Shown: positions 11,432 through 19,828 of the stretch, piece after piece
Numbering within the stretch: the stretch's first letter is position 1
Layout: each line of letters opens with the position of its first letter
DNA from: Myxococcota bacterium
GTDB lineage: Bacteria; Myxococcota_A; Polyangia; Nannocystales; Nannocystaceae
NCBI GenBank assembly: GCA_039028615.1
Contig: JBCCHT010000025.1
Coordinates: forward strand, 64,001 to 128,000
Length of the DNA: 64,000 nt
Direction of reading: 5' to 3'
Notes under the pieces: generated by a model
What the model was told of the DNA's origin: nothing
What the model saw: only the letters and a program-made list of their open reading frames with translations
The model's database searches: none
Program-made: the position numbers and the translations under genes

Positions 11432-14245
11432 ATGCCGAGGCCGCAAGGCATACGCAGCGCCCGTCGGTGGCGAGCCCTCGTGATGGCCGCCCTCGTGAGC
11501 GCGTGCGGTGAGGCTCCAGAAGCGGAGGCCACTTCCCAGCCCATTGCCACCCGCGACGTAACGCCGAAACCTACGACCGCGGAACCGGTGACGATGGGGG
11601 CCGCCTTCTCCGGCTGCGAGCGGGTTCTCGTGGGCCCGGTGTGCCAGTTTCACCCCGGCAAGCTACCGCTGCGCGTATGGCTGGACCTCGACCCGCGGAT
11701 CCCCGCCTCGGTGCACATCGATGGCCGGCGGATCGACGCCCCCTCGATCCCCGTCGAGGGTGGTCAGCGCTTCGAGATCACGCCTCCCGACGACGCCCGG
11801 CACCTGGAGTTTCGCGCCACCCTCGACGAGGGACCGGGCGTGTTCCGGCTCCGGCTGGCACTGAGCACGCCGCAGAACCAGGTGCTGACCAACCTGTGGA
11901 TCCGCAGCAACGACCCCGCGAAACGGGCCGCGGTGCGCCGCGAACTCGAGACGCTGCCCGACACCCTGAATCCCGACGACCGCGCGGAGGCCCTGACGCT
12001 GCGCGCCGCCTTGGCCCGCGACGCCGAGCTCCAGAGCAACAGCTGGTACGACGAATACGACGACGCGATCGAGGCAGCGCTGAAGGTGGGGCGGCACAGC
12101 GACGCGGCCAACCTGGCGCATCAGGGGTCGTTCTTCGCCCTGCACTTCCGCAACGACGACCAGGCCAGCGAGGCGTGGCTTCGCCGGGCCGCGGAGTATG
12201 CCCGGGACGATCCCGAGCGCCGCATGGCTCAGGCGTACCACGAGGGGTTGCTCGAGCGAGCCCGCGGCAACACCCGGGCCGCCCTTCAGGCCTTCGAACG
12301 CAACGAGATCGAGACCCGCAAGCTGGGCTTGCCCGCCCGAGAAGCCAGCGTGTTGAGCGAGCAAGCCAACCTCGCCACCCGGCTGGGCGCCCACGACCGG
12401 GCGCGCGAGCTGGCGGCGAGAGCCCGGGAGCTCGAGGACGAGCTGGAGCCCGCCACTCGGGCCCAGCTGCGCAGCAACCTGGGGTGGATGATGCTCGAAG
12501 CACGCAGCCGGGGCGTCGCGACCGAAGATCCGCTGCCGCTGCTGACGGCCGCCTACGAAGAGCTCCACCCGGAGGATCCCCTGCGGCCCGACGTGCAGCT
12601 CAACCTGGGCTACGCCGCGATCTTGCGGGGCGATGCCGACGAGGGCCAACGGTGGCTCGACATGGTCGACGCGCCCTCGCTCGATCGCGTGGATGGTCTG
12701 TGGCTTCGTCTGTTCCGCGCCCGGGTCGCCCTGCTGCTCGGCAAGGCGGGCCGAGCCCAACGCGAGCTGCAAGCCCTGCTCGACGGGATTGAGCCCCACG
12801 ACGAGCTCGAGCTGCGCCTGCTGGCGCGAGTGGGCCTGGGGGAGACCCACGAGGCCCTCGGGCGAGCCGATCGGGCGCTGGCCGACTACCGAGCGGCCCA
12901 AGCCCTGCTCGACCGGCAGCTCCCGCGCATCGCCATCAACACGGGTCGCGGGCGCTTCGCGGCGGAGCGCAACGAGAGCACGCGTCGCATGGTCGATCTG
13001 CAGCTACGCCAGGGCGACACGGCGCAGGCGCTGTGCATCGCCCGACGCTCGCGAACTCGCGTGCTCCGAGTGCTCTCCCGGCAGCTCCGCCACCGCGCCG
13101 AGGCCTCGCCCGCCCACCTGAGCGCCCTGCAGCAGTATCGACGGCGCCGCAGCGAGCTCGAGTCCCGCTTCGACGAGAGCTTCACCATGGCCACGATCGC
13201 GGGTGAGCGCGAGCGCCGAGACCTGAAGGCCGCGCTCCTCGAAAACGAGCAGGCCCTCGATCGAGTCCTCGACGCGCTCGGGGCCACCGCTCCCGAGCCG
13301 GTCGCCTGCGAAGACCTACCCGCGCCCGGACCGGGACAGCTCGACCTGCACTACATGCGCCTGGACGACGGCTGGGTGGTCTTCGCTCACGACGACCGAG
13401 AACTCGCCGTGCACCGACTGGGGCCGCTGCCCCTCGACCGTGAGCCGGGGCCGATCGATTTCGATGCCGATCGCCTCGCCGCCTTGGGACAGACGCTGCT
13501 CGGTCCCCACGCGGAGGCCTTGGCCCGAGCGACGCAGGTCCGCGTCATGGCCACGGGCGCGCTGGGTCAGGTGCCCTTCCATGCGCTCCCCGTGGCGGGT
13601 GCGGGCTCGCCTCGGCTGCTCGAGCGCGTGGCGGTCGGGTACGGCCTCGACTTGCCGGGGCCACGGACCGCTGCGGCCGGGGGCTCGACGCTCGCCGTCG
13701 TCGTGGCGCCACCGAGCAACCTCGCCCATGCCCCGGCCGAAGTCGAAGCGATCGAGGCCTCGCTCGCCGCGTCGTTCAGCACGGTGCGGCGCCTGCAAGA
13801 TGGCCACGCCACCGGGCAGCAGGTCCGAGAAGTGCTGCCCCGCGCCACGCTGCTCCACTACGTCGGTCATGCCCGCGCCGAGGGCCTCGAAGGCTGGGAC
13901 AGCGCGCTGCAGCTGGCCCGCAACACCACGCTCGGCATCGGGGACATCCTCTCCACGGACCACGCCCTCCGCACGGTGGTGCTCAACGGCTGCGAGACGG
14001 GCACCGTCGATCCGCAGACCTTGGCGGGCGGCATGAGCCTGGCCCATGCCTTCGTGCTGTCGGGGGCGAGCACGGTCATCGCCACGACCCGGACCGTGGA
14101 CGACGCGGCCGCAGCGGAGCTGATGCGTGCCTTCCATGCCGAGCTGGCCACGGGCGCCACTGCGCTGCAGGCCCTTCGACAGGCCCAACGAGCCCGTCCG
14201 GCCACCGACGAGACCATGCTGCACGCACGCGCGTGGGTGCCCTGA
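11432..14245 (+). CDS. TPR-CHAT (caspase-like) protease with lipoprotein signal
   Basis: RRWRALVMAALVSAC lipobox; TPR-like helices; QVPFHAL, LLHYVGHA (His), VVLNGCETG (Cys), AFVLSGASTVIAT; alternative start 11423. Confidence 0.88.
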   Translation: MPRPQGIRSARRWRALVMAALVSACGEAPEAEATSQPIATRDVTPKPTTAEPVTMGAAFSGCERVLVGPVCQFHPGKLPLRVWLDLDPRIPASVHIDGRRIDAPSIPVEGGQRFEITPPDDARHLEFRATLDEGPGVFRLRLALSTPQNQVLTNLWIRSNDPAKRAAVRRELETLPDTLNPDDRAEALTLRAALARDAELQSNSWYDEYDDAIEAALKVGRHSDAANLAHQGSFFALHFRNDDQASEAWLRRAAEYARDDPERRMAQAYHEGLLERARGNTRAALQAFERNEIETRKLGLPAREASVLSEQANLATRLGAHDRARELAARARELEDELEPATRAQLRSNLGWMMLEARSRGVATEDPLPLLTAAYEELHPEDPLRPDVQLNLGYAAILRGDADEGQRWLDMVDAPSLDRVDGLWLRLFRARVALLLGKAGRAQRELQALLDGIEPHDELELRLLARVGLGETHEALGRADRALADYRAAQALLDRQLPRIAINTGRGRFAAERNESTRRMVDLQLRQGDTAQALCIARRSRTRVLRVLSRQLRHRAEASPAHLSALQQYRRRRSELESRFDESFTMATIAGERERRDLKAALLENEQALDRVLDALGATAPEPVACEDLPAPGPGQLDLHYMRLDDGWVVFAHDDRELAVHRLGPLPLDREPGPIDFDADRLAALGQTLLGPHAEALARATQVRVMATGALGQVPFHALPVAGAGSPRLLERVAVGYGLDLPGPRTAAAGGSTLAVVVAPPSNLAHAPAEVEAIEASLAASFSTVRRLQDGHATGQQVREVLPRATLLHYVGHARAEGLEGWDSALQLARNTTLGIGDILSTDHALRTVVLNGCETGTVDPQTLAGGMSLAHAFVLSGASTVIATTRTVDDAAAAELMRAFHAELATGATALQALRQAQRARPATDETMLHARAWVP

Positions 14246-14279
14246 ACGGGCTCACGCGCGCACGTGGTGTCGTCCGTCG

Positions 14280-15635
14280 TCAGCGAACCCAGACCAGCGC
14301 GTCGCCGTCTCCGACCGCCTCGAACTCGACCGTATCGCCCGGCTCCAGCCCCACGACCAACTCGTGCCGTTGGTGCCCCTGCAGGGAGTCCAAGGCCCCT
14401 ACGCGAACGCCATTGACGAGGATCTGGACCCCTCGAACCGAGACCGCCCCGCCGACGTGCTTGACGGTCATCGAGCTGCGCCCGTCGGTCCGCACGGGCA
14501 CCCGTACCCGGGCGGGACACAGGTACTCCCGACCTCGACCGTCGCTGCGCTCGAGGCTCCAGCGATCGCCCGGCTCCTCGCCGAACGAGTAGTTCTGCAC
14601 GATCTTCGGGCCCGCGACCGGACGACTCGACAAGGTCCGCAGCTCGGACCGAATGGCCGCCAGCGCCTCCAGCACCGTGCTCCACAGCCCCTCGCCGCTC
14701 GCCTCCGCGTCGTCGACCCACCCGAACATGTGGCGGCGCTCGCCGAAGTGGAAGTCGTTGACGTAGGGCGGCACCTCGAACTCTCCGCCGGGCAGCGGCT
14801 TGCGGTCGCGAGTCCACCACGCCCGCGTGATCCAGCCGCCCGGCGACAAGATCAAGTGCACGTCGTTGCAGCCCATGGGCGCCTCGTCGGGATCGCGCTC
14901 GCTGTCGGGCATGGGCTTGCCGTCGCGGGTCCAGTACACGCGCCACACTCGGAACGAGTCACCGTCGCGCTCGAAGTCGATGCCGATGTCGTTGGCGCCC
15001 TCGGGGGCCTTGCGACGCCGCATCTCCTTGCCGTCCTTGGTGTAGACCACCTCCGCACCAGCCGCCACGAACTCGAGGTGGAGGTCGTTGGCCTCGATCG
15101 GGGGTCGCTCGGCCGGGCCATAGCGTTGGCCGTCCCGCGTCCACACCAGCTGAATGTCCTCGGGCGGCTCTTGCTTCGGCCGCCACGGGAAATTCTCGAG
15201 GAGCCCGAAGTGCACGTCGTTGGGCTTCAGCGTCTCGAAGGGAAACTTGATGTCGCCGATCGGCGTGCCGTCGCGAGTCCACCACGCCGCCGTGATGTGA
15301 CCGCCGCCCCGCGGGAGGATCAGGTGACCGTCGTCCGCGCCCTCGGGCGCGGGCTGGGCCCCTCCCTTCATGCGCTCACCGTCGCGAGTCCAGTACATCC
15401 GCCGGATCGACGGCGCCCCTGCCGAGTACAGCTCGAAGTCGAACCCGACGTCGTTGGCTCCCTCGGGCGCGGGGATGGGCTTGCCGATCGGTTTGCCGCC
15501 ACGGGTGAACTGGGCGAAAGCCCCTCCCTGGCCGCCATTGAAGCGCAGATGCAGATCGTTGGCACCTTCGGGGATCCAGTCGATCGGCCTCCCGATGGGC
15601 ATGCCGTTGCGGGTAAATCGAAGTCTGGGGGTCAT
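14280..15635 (-). CDS. Uncharacterised repeat protein, 8 x (W/F/Y)T(R/K)xG...(N/D)DxH repeats plus C-terminal beta domain
   Basis: AAGGA SD upstream of ATG 15635; clear internal repeats in translation; no signal peptide. Confidence 0.8.
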   Translation of the reverse strand: MTPRLRFTRNGMPIGRPIDWIPEGANDLHLRFNGGQGGAFAQFTRGGKPIGKPIPAPEGANDVGFDFELYSAGAPSIRRMYWTRDGERMKGGAQPAPEGADDGHLILPRGGGHITAAWWTRDGTPIGDIKFPFETLKPNDVHFGLLENFPWRPKQEPPEDIQLVWTRDGQRYGPAERPPIEANDLHLEFVAAGAEVVYTKDGKEMRRRKAPEGANDIGIDFERDGDSFRVWRVYWTRDGKPMPDSERDPDEAPMGCNDVHLILSPGGWITRAWWTRDRKPLPGGEFEVPPYVNDFHFGERRHMFGWVDDAEASGEGLWSTVLEALAAIRSELRTLSSRPVAGPKIVQNYSFGEEPGDRWSLERSDGRGREYLCPARVRVPVRTDGRSSMTVKHVGGAVSVRGVQILVNGVRVGALDSLQGHQRHELVVGLEPGDTVEFEAVGDGDALVWVR

Positions 15636-15727
15636 TGCGGGCGTCCTTTTTTGTCGATGACGTGACCCATCGCCCTCGGCCGCCCACACCCGGGCGACCG
15701 AGCCCACGGGTCCGGTTGTGCGGGCCA

Positions 15728-15755
15728 TGGACGGCCACGAGCCCCCGCGTGACGG
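15728..15755 (-). promoter_or_regulatory. Putative ECF promoter CCGTCAC-N15-CGTCCA, copy 1, upstream of repeat-protein gene
   Basis: Minus strand reads CCGTCACgcgggggctcgtggcCGTCCAtgg. Confidence 0.8.
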
Positions 15756-15870
15756 ATCGATTTCGACCCCACCGAGGCCCACGTCGGCCCCGCCCTGCCG
15801 CCGAGGACCGACCACGGATCGAGGCCGTGGCGACCCGAAAACGGCGCTCCGCAATTTTGTTGCCGCGAAG

Positions 15871-15898
15871 CCGTCACATTCGATGACGATCGCGTCCA
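15871..15898 (+). promoter_or_regulatory. Putative ECF promoter CCGTCAC-N15-CGTCCA, copy 2, upstream of subtilase-sigma-antisigma operon
   Basis: CCGTCACattcgatgacgatcgCGTCCA, ending 10 nt before ATG 15909. Confidence 0.8.
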
Positions 15899-15908
15899 GG
15901 ACTCTCCG

Positions 15909-18098
15909 ATGGACCTTCGTCTCCCGTGCGTCTTTGGCTTGGTCGGCTCGCTCGCCTTGGTGGGCTGCCTCAACTCCAATCCTTCACAAACGTCCGCGAC
16001 CGGCCCCGGCGACGACAAGGGCGACGAAGGCACCATCATCGTTCCGCCCCCGCCCCCGCCTCCGCCTCCACCTCCGCCCCCGCCGCCCGTGGTCGAACCC
16101 GCGTGCCCCGGGAATCCGAATCCGACGCGGTACATCGCGATCATGGAGGACCCCGCCGCCTGCGTCGGCACGGAGGAGTGGAGCGCCGCGCCGCTGTTCC
16201 GAGCGCCGGGAACCGGGCTCGCCGTCGGTGCGCCCGGCCCGGTCGAGGTCGAGGCCAAAGCGGCGGCCGAGGCTCAGGTCCCGGCCGAGGTCGAAGAACT
16301 GGAGGCACCGCCCTCGCCCTGGCCGGAGCCCCTGCGGAGCTTCTGCGAGTACGAGTGGCGAGGCGAGACCGAAGTCCCCGGGCCTCCCGAGGTCGATGCC
16401 ATCGAGATCGATCCCGACTGCAATCGCTTGCTGCCCCAAGCCCCCGCGCGCAACACCATCGAAGACGACCGCAAGGAGCTGCGCCGACGGCAGGCGGTCC
16501 GCACCGAACTGGAGCTCGGGTTCCCCGATCGTCGCGGCCCCTCCCCGGTCGTCGCGAACGGACCCTACGTCGCCATCGTCGATACGGCCGACACCACCGC
16601 CCCGGGTGCCCCGACGCCTCCCTATTGGTCCGCCGACCCGAACCGAGCGTCCCAGCGACATGGCCTGATGATGCAGGGCCTGGTCGATGCGGTGCGCTGC
16701 TCCGAAAGCCCCGGCGACACCTGCCGCAACCGACGGTTCACGGTGCAGGCGTTCACTCGCGGCACCATCCCCGGTCAGCTCGGCAGCCTCGGCTCGCTGG
16801 CGCAAGCGCTGAGCGTAGCGATGGTGCAGTGGCAGGCCCAGCCCGACGCCGCCAATTCCGGTCTGGTGATCAACATGAGCCTCGGCTGGGATCTGCTGCC
16901 GTCGGAGGCCCTGGACGACAACCACATGAACCTGCTGCAGAACGGGCCCGACCCGGTCCCCGTGCCCGCCCGCGCGGTGCATGCCGCGTTGGCCTGGGCC
17001 GCCTGCCGTGGTGCGCTGAGCTTTGCGTCGTCGGGCAACGATCGGGGCATTGCGTGCGAGCAGACCGGGGCGATGGGCCCCGCCGCCTGGGAACAATGGG
17101 CCGCCCCCACGGCGGCCGCCTGCACGCCGCACTTCGGGGCGCCCCCCGCCAGCGTCACCGCGGGCAACGGTGCTCGCCTCGTGGCCGCGGTCGGCGGAGT
17201 GGAGATGAACGATCAACCGCTCGCGATCACCCGCCGCGGCAGCCTGCCCACACGAGTCATGTACGCCCACGAGGCGGTCATTGCCGTCGAGGGCGGTGCG
17301 TTCTCCGAGCCCTGGACGGGGACCTCGGTGCCCACCGCCGTGGCCTCCGCCCTCGCGAGCGCCCTGCCCAACCGCGGTCCCACGCCGACCCCCGCCGAGC
17401 GCCTGCAACGCATCGACGCCAGCGGAACGGCGATCGGCAAGCAGGCCGAGCTGTACCCCGGAACCCAGAGCTCCCCGGCCAAGCGCATCGACGTCCGCCA
17501 GGCCTCGGCCTTGGTCCGCCGCTTGGTGCAGCCGCCGAGCGCCCGGCCCCCGAAGGTCGACGAGGCCTTCGCCGCGCTGGTCTCCGGGCACTTCCCCGCC
17601 CCGGCCACGATGCTCGGCGTCAACCGACCGCGGTCGGGAGGCCCCGTCTGCGAAAACGCCGACGTGGACGCCTTCGGCACCAGCCCCGCCCGGCGGCAGC
17701 CCCAAGTCACGGACCTGGCCGCCGCCACCCGGCCGCAGCCCCACGTGCCGATCTGCCCCGACTGCACCATCTTCCGCCCCACGGGCACCACGCAGTACCA
17801 AATGACGGTCGACCTCGAGCCCGAGTACGAGCAGACCCGGATCGATCGAACGACGCTCAGCTTCTTCGACGAGAGCACCAACACCTTCCTGGTCGTGGAG
17901 CTCGATGACACCATCGACCCCGACGCGCTCCAGGTCCTCTCGCTCAATCGCCCGCAGCTGCCGGGCGGGGGCTCGCTCGCCGACTGGCTCGAAAATCGCC
18001 CTGCCGTCGTCAAGGGACGCGTCTCGTTCTCGGTCGACGACGGGAGCGGCAACCCGCCACAGATGGTCAACGAAGAGATCATCATCTCGCGACGATGA
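15909..18098 (+). CDS. S8 (subtilisin-like) serine peptidase lipoprotein
   Basis: Lipobox LVGC, poly-Pro linker; VAIVDT (Asp), RHGLMM (His), VINMSLG, SSGND (oxyanion Asn), TGTSVPT (Ser). Confidence 0.82.
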   Translation: MDLRLPCVFGLVGSLALVGCLNSNPSQTSATGPGDDKGDEGTIIVPPPPPPPPPPPPPPPVVEPACPGNPNPTRYIAIMEDPAACVGTEEWSAAPLFRAPGTGLAVGAPGPVEVEAKAAAEAQVPAEVEELEAPPSPWPEPLRSFCEYEWRGETEVPGPPEVDAIEIDPDCNRLLPQAPARNTIEDDRKELRRRQAVRTELELGFPDRRGPSPVVANGPYVAIVDTADTTAPGAPTPPYWSADPNRASQRHGLMMQGLVDAVRCSESPGDTCRNRRFTVQAFTRGTIPGQLGSLGSLAQALSVAMVQWQAQPDAANSGLVINMSLGWDLLPSEALDDNHMNLLQNGPDPVPVPARAVHAALAWAACRGALSFASSGNDRGIACEQTGAMGPAAWEQWAAPTAAACTPHFGAPPASVTAGNGARLVAAVGGVEMNDQPLAITRRGSLPTRVMYAHEAVIAVEGGAFSEPWTGTSVPTAVASALASALPNRGPTPTPAERLQRIDASGTAIGKQAELYPGTQSSPAKRIDVRQASALVRRLVQPPSARPPKVDEAFAALVSGHFPAPATMLGVNRPRSGGPVCENADVDAFGTSPARRQPQVTDLAAATRPQPHVPICPDCTIFRPTGTTQYQMTVDLEPEYEQTRIDRTTLSFFDESTNTFLVVELDDTIDPDALQVLSLNRPQLPGGGSLADWLENRPAVVKGRVSFSVDDGSGNPPQMVNEEIIISRR

Positions 18099-18154
18099 AC
18101 CTCGGGGCGACGGCTCTCGGACAGGAGGTCGTGATATGGTGCCGTCGCCCGAGC

Positions 18155-18745
18155 ATGACGCCCGAGGAGATCGACAGTGCGTGTCGCGGCGATGGCGACG
18201 CCCTGACCTCCCTGGTCGAGGTTCTGCTACCGGTGATCAAGGTCGAGGTCGTGGTGGCCCTCCAGCAACGATCGGGAGCCCGCGGGCGTGACGTCCGGCA
18301 AGACGTCGACGACTTCGTGCAGGACGTGATGCTGCATCTGCTCGACAACGACGGTCGCGTCCTCCAAGACTGGGACCCCGCGCGCGGGCGCTCGCTGCCG
18401 AGCTTCGTGCGCATGGTGACCCGCCACCGCGTCGCCCGGGTCCTCGAAGGATTCCGCGGCAATCCCTGGAGCACCGATCCGGTCGAGCACGAGGACCTCG
18501 AGCAGCTCCGCGCGGACACCAGCGGCACCTTTCGCCGCCTCGCCTCCCGCGACGAGCTCGCCCATGTGCTCGAGGCCCTGTGGGCACGGCTCGACGCCCG
18601 CGGCCGCGAGCTGTTCCAGCTGCTCTTCGTCGAGCAGCGCCCCACCGCCGAGGTCTGCGAGCGCATGCAGATGACCCCCGCCGCCGTTCGGCAGTGGACG
18701 GCTCGAATGCGCCGAAACCTGCGCAAGCTGGAGGAGGCGGCATGA
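18155..18745 (+). CDS. ECF RNA polymerase sigma factor
   Basis: Region 2 DVDDFVQDVMLHL...WDPARGRSLPSFV; region 4 LFVEQRPTAEVCERMQMTPAAVRQWTARMR; start may be 18095, 18131 or 18155. Confidence 0.88.
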   Translation: MTPEEIDSACRGDGDALTSLVEVLLPVIKVEVVVALQQRSGARGRDVRQDVDDFVQDVMLHLLDNDGRVLQDWDPARGRSLPSFVRMVTRHRVARVLEGFRGNPWSTDPVEHEDLEQLRADTSGTFRRLASRDELAHVLEALWARLDARGRELFQLLFVEQRPTAEVCERMQMTPAAVRQWTARMRRNLRKLEEAA

Positions 18746-19578
18746 CCGGCCCCGAGATCGACGAGCCGATGCTGGACGCGCTGGGCAAGCTCGAGCGCGA
18801 GCGCGCCGCGTCGATCCCCGCGGGGCTCGAGGACTACGTCGCGGGTCGACGCTCGGCCGAGGACGTGCTCGCCGAGGCGCCCCCCGAGGACCGAGAGCGG
18901 GTCCAAGCCATGCTCGACGCCCTCGGCCCCGCGGATCCCGAAGCGCCCCGGGCCTGGGCCACGCGGCTGACCGCTCAGCTCGAAGCTCGAGCCGCCGATC
19001 GAGCGGAGCCCGAAGCCGAACCCCCCATCGACCTGGCCGAACGCCGTCGCTCGCGGGTCGTGGTGTGGACGGTGGCGGCCACTGCCGTGGCCGCGGCCGC
19101 TGTGGCCGTGCTGACCCTGATGCCCCGGGGTCAGCCCGCACCCGAACCCGACGGAGATCCCCCTGCGGTCGGCACCTCCTTGCCCTCGTTCACGCTGACC
19201 GTGCGCGACTCTTCCGTGCAGACGATCCGCGGCGAGCCCGACCTGAGCAAACCCGCCCGCTACCTGCCGACCTCGCAGATCCACTGGGTGCTCAGCCCGC
19301 TACGCCCCCAGGACGGGCCGCTCGGCGTGCGCGTGCTGGCGCAGGACGACCAGGGCGCTCGACGCTTGCTCACCCCGGCCGAGCCGCGCCGACTCGACAA
19401 CGGGGCGATCGAGATCGAGGGTCGCTTGGCCCAGCAGCTCGAGCTTCCCGCCGGCCACTGGACGCTGCGGTTCGTCGTGGGTGAGCAAGCCTCGCTGCCG
19501 AGCGATCCGGCCGCCGTCGATCGGGGTGGCCCGTGGGTCGTCGCCGAGCCGGCCTACGTGGTGCACGTGACCGACTGA
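18742..19578 (+). CDS. Putative membrane anti-sigma factor
   Basis: ATGA overlap with sigma gene; about 105-aa N-terminal domain, one TM (VVVWTVAATAVAAAAVAVLTLM), C-terminal beta-rich domain. Confidence 0.7.
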   Translation: MTGPEIDEPMLDALGKLERERAASIPAGLEDYVAGRRSAEDVLAEAPPEDRERVQAMLDALGPADPEAPRAWATRLTAQLEARAADRAEPEAEPPIDLAERRRSRVVVWTVAATAVAAAAVAVLTLMPRGQPAPEPDGDPPAVGTSLPSFTLTVRDSSVQTIRGEPDLSKPARYLPTSQIHWVLSPLRPQDGPLGVRVLAQDDQGARRLLTPAEPRRLDNGAIEIEGRLAQQLELPAGHWTLRFVVGEQASLPSDPAAVDRGGPWVVAEPAYVVHVTD

Positions 19579-19675
19579 TCGGCACCGCCCACGCGGCGCC
19601 ACGAAGGAGCGATCCAGCCCGGCTCTTCGCAGGTCGGTGGGTCGCTCGTTTTTTTCACCCTCCGCGGTCACGACC

Positions 19676-19703
19676 CCGTCACGCCAGGGCCTGTCGCCGT
19701 CCA
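19676..19703 (+). promoter_or_regulatory. Putative ECF promoter CCGTCAC-N15-CGTCCA, copy 3, upstream of gene at 19829
   Basis: CCGTCACgccagggcctgtcgcCGTCCAtgg. Confidence 0.8.
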
Positions 19704-19828
19704 TGGAGGCGTAACCCCCCGGGCTCGCCGCTGGACTCCCCACCGCGGCGGGCCTCCGCCCGGGCGTGCGCCGCCGTACGACGGCGCACGCTCTGTCCCC
19801 CCCAAAAAAAAACAAAGAGAGACCGACA

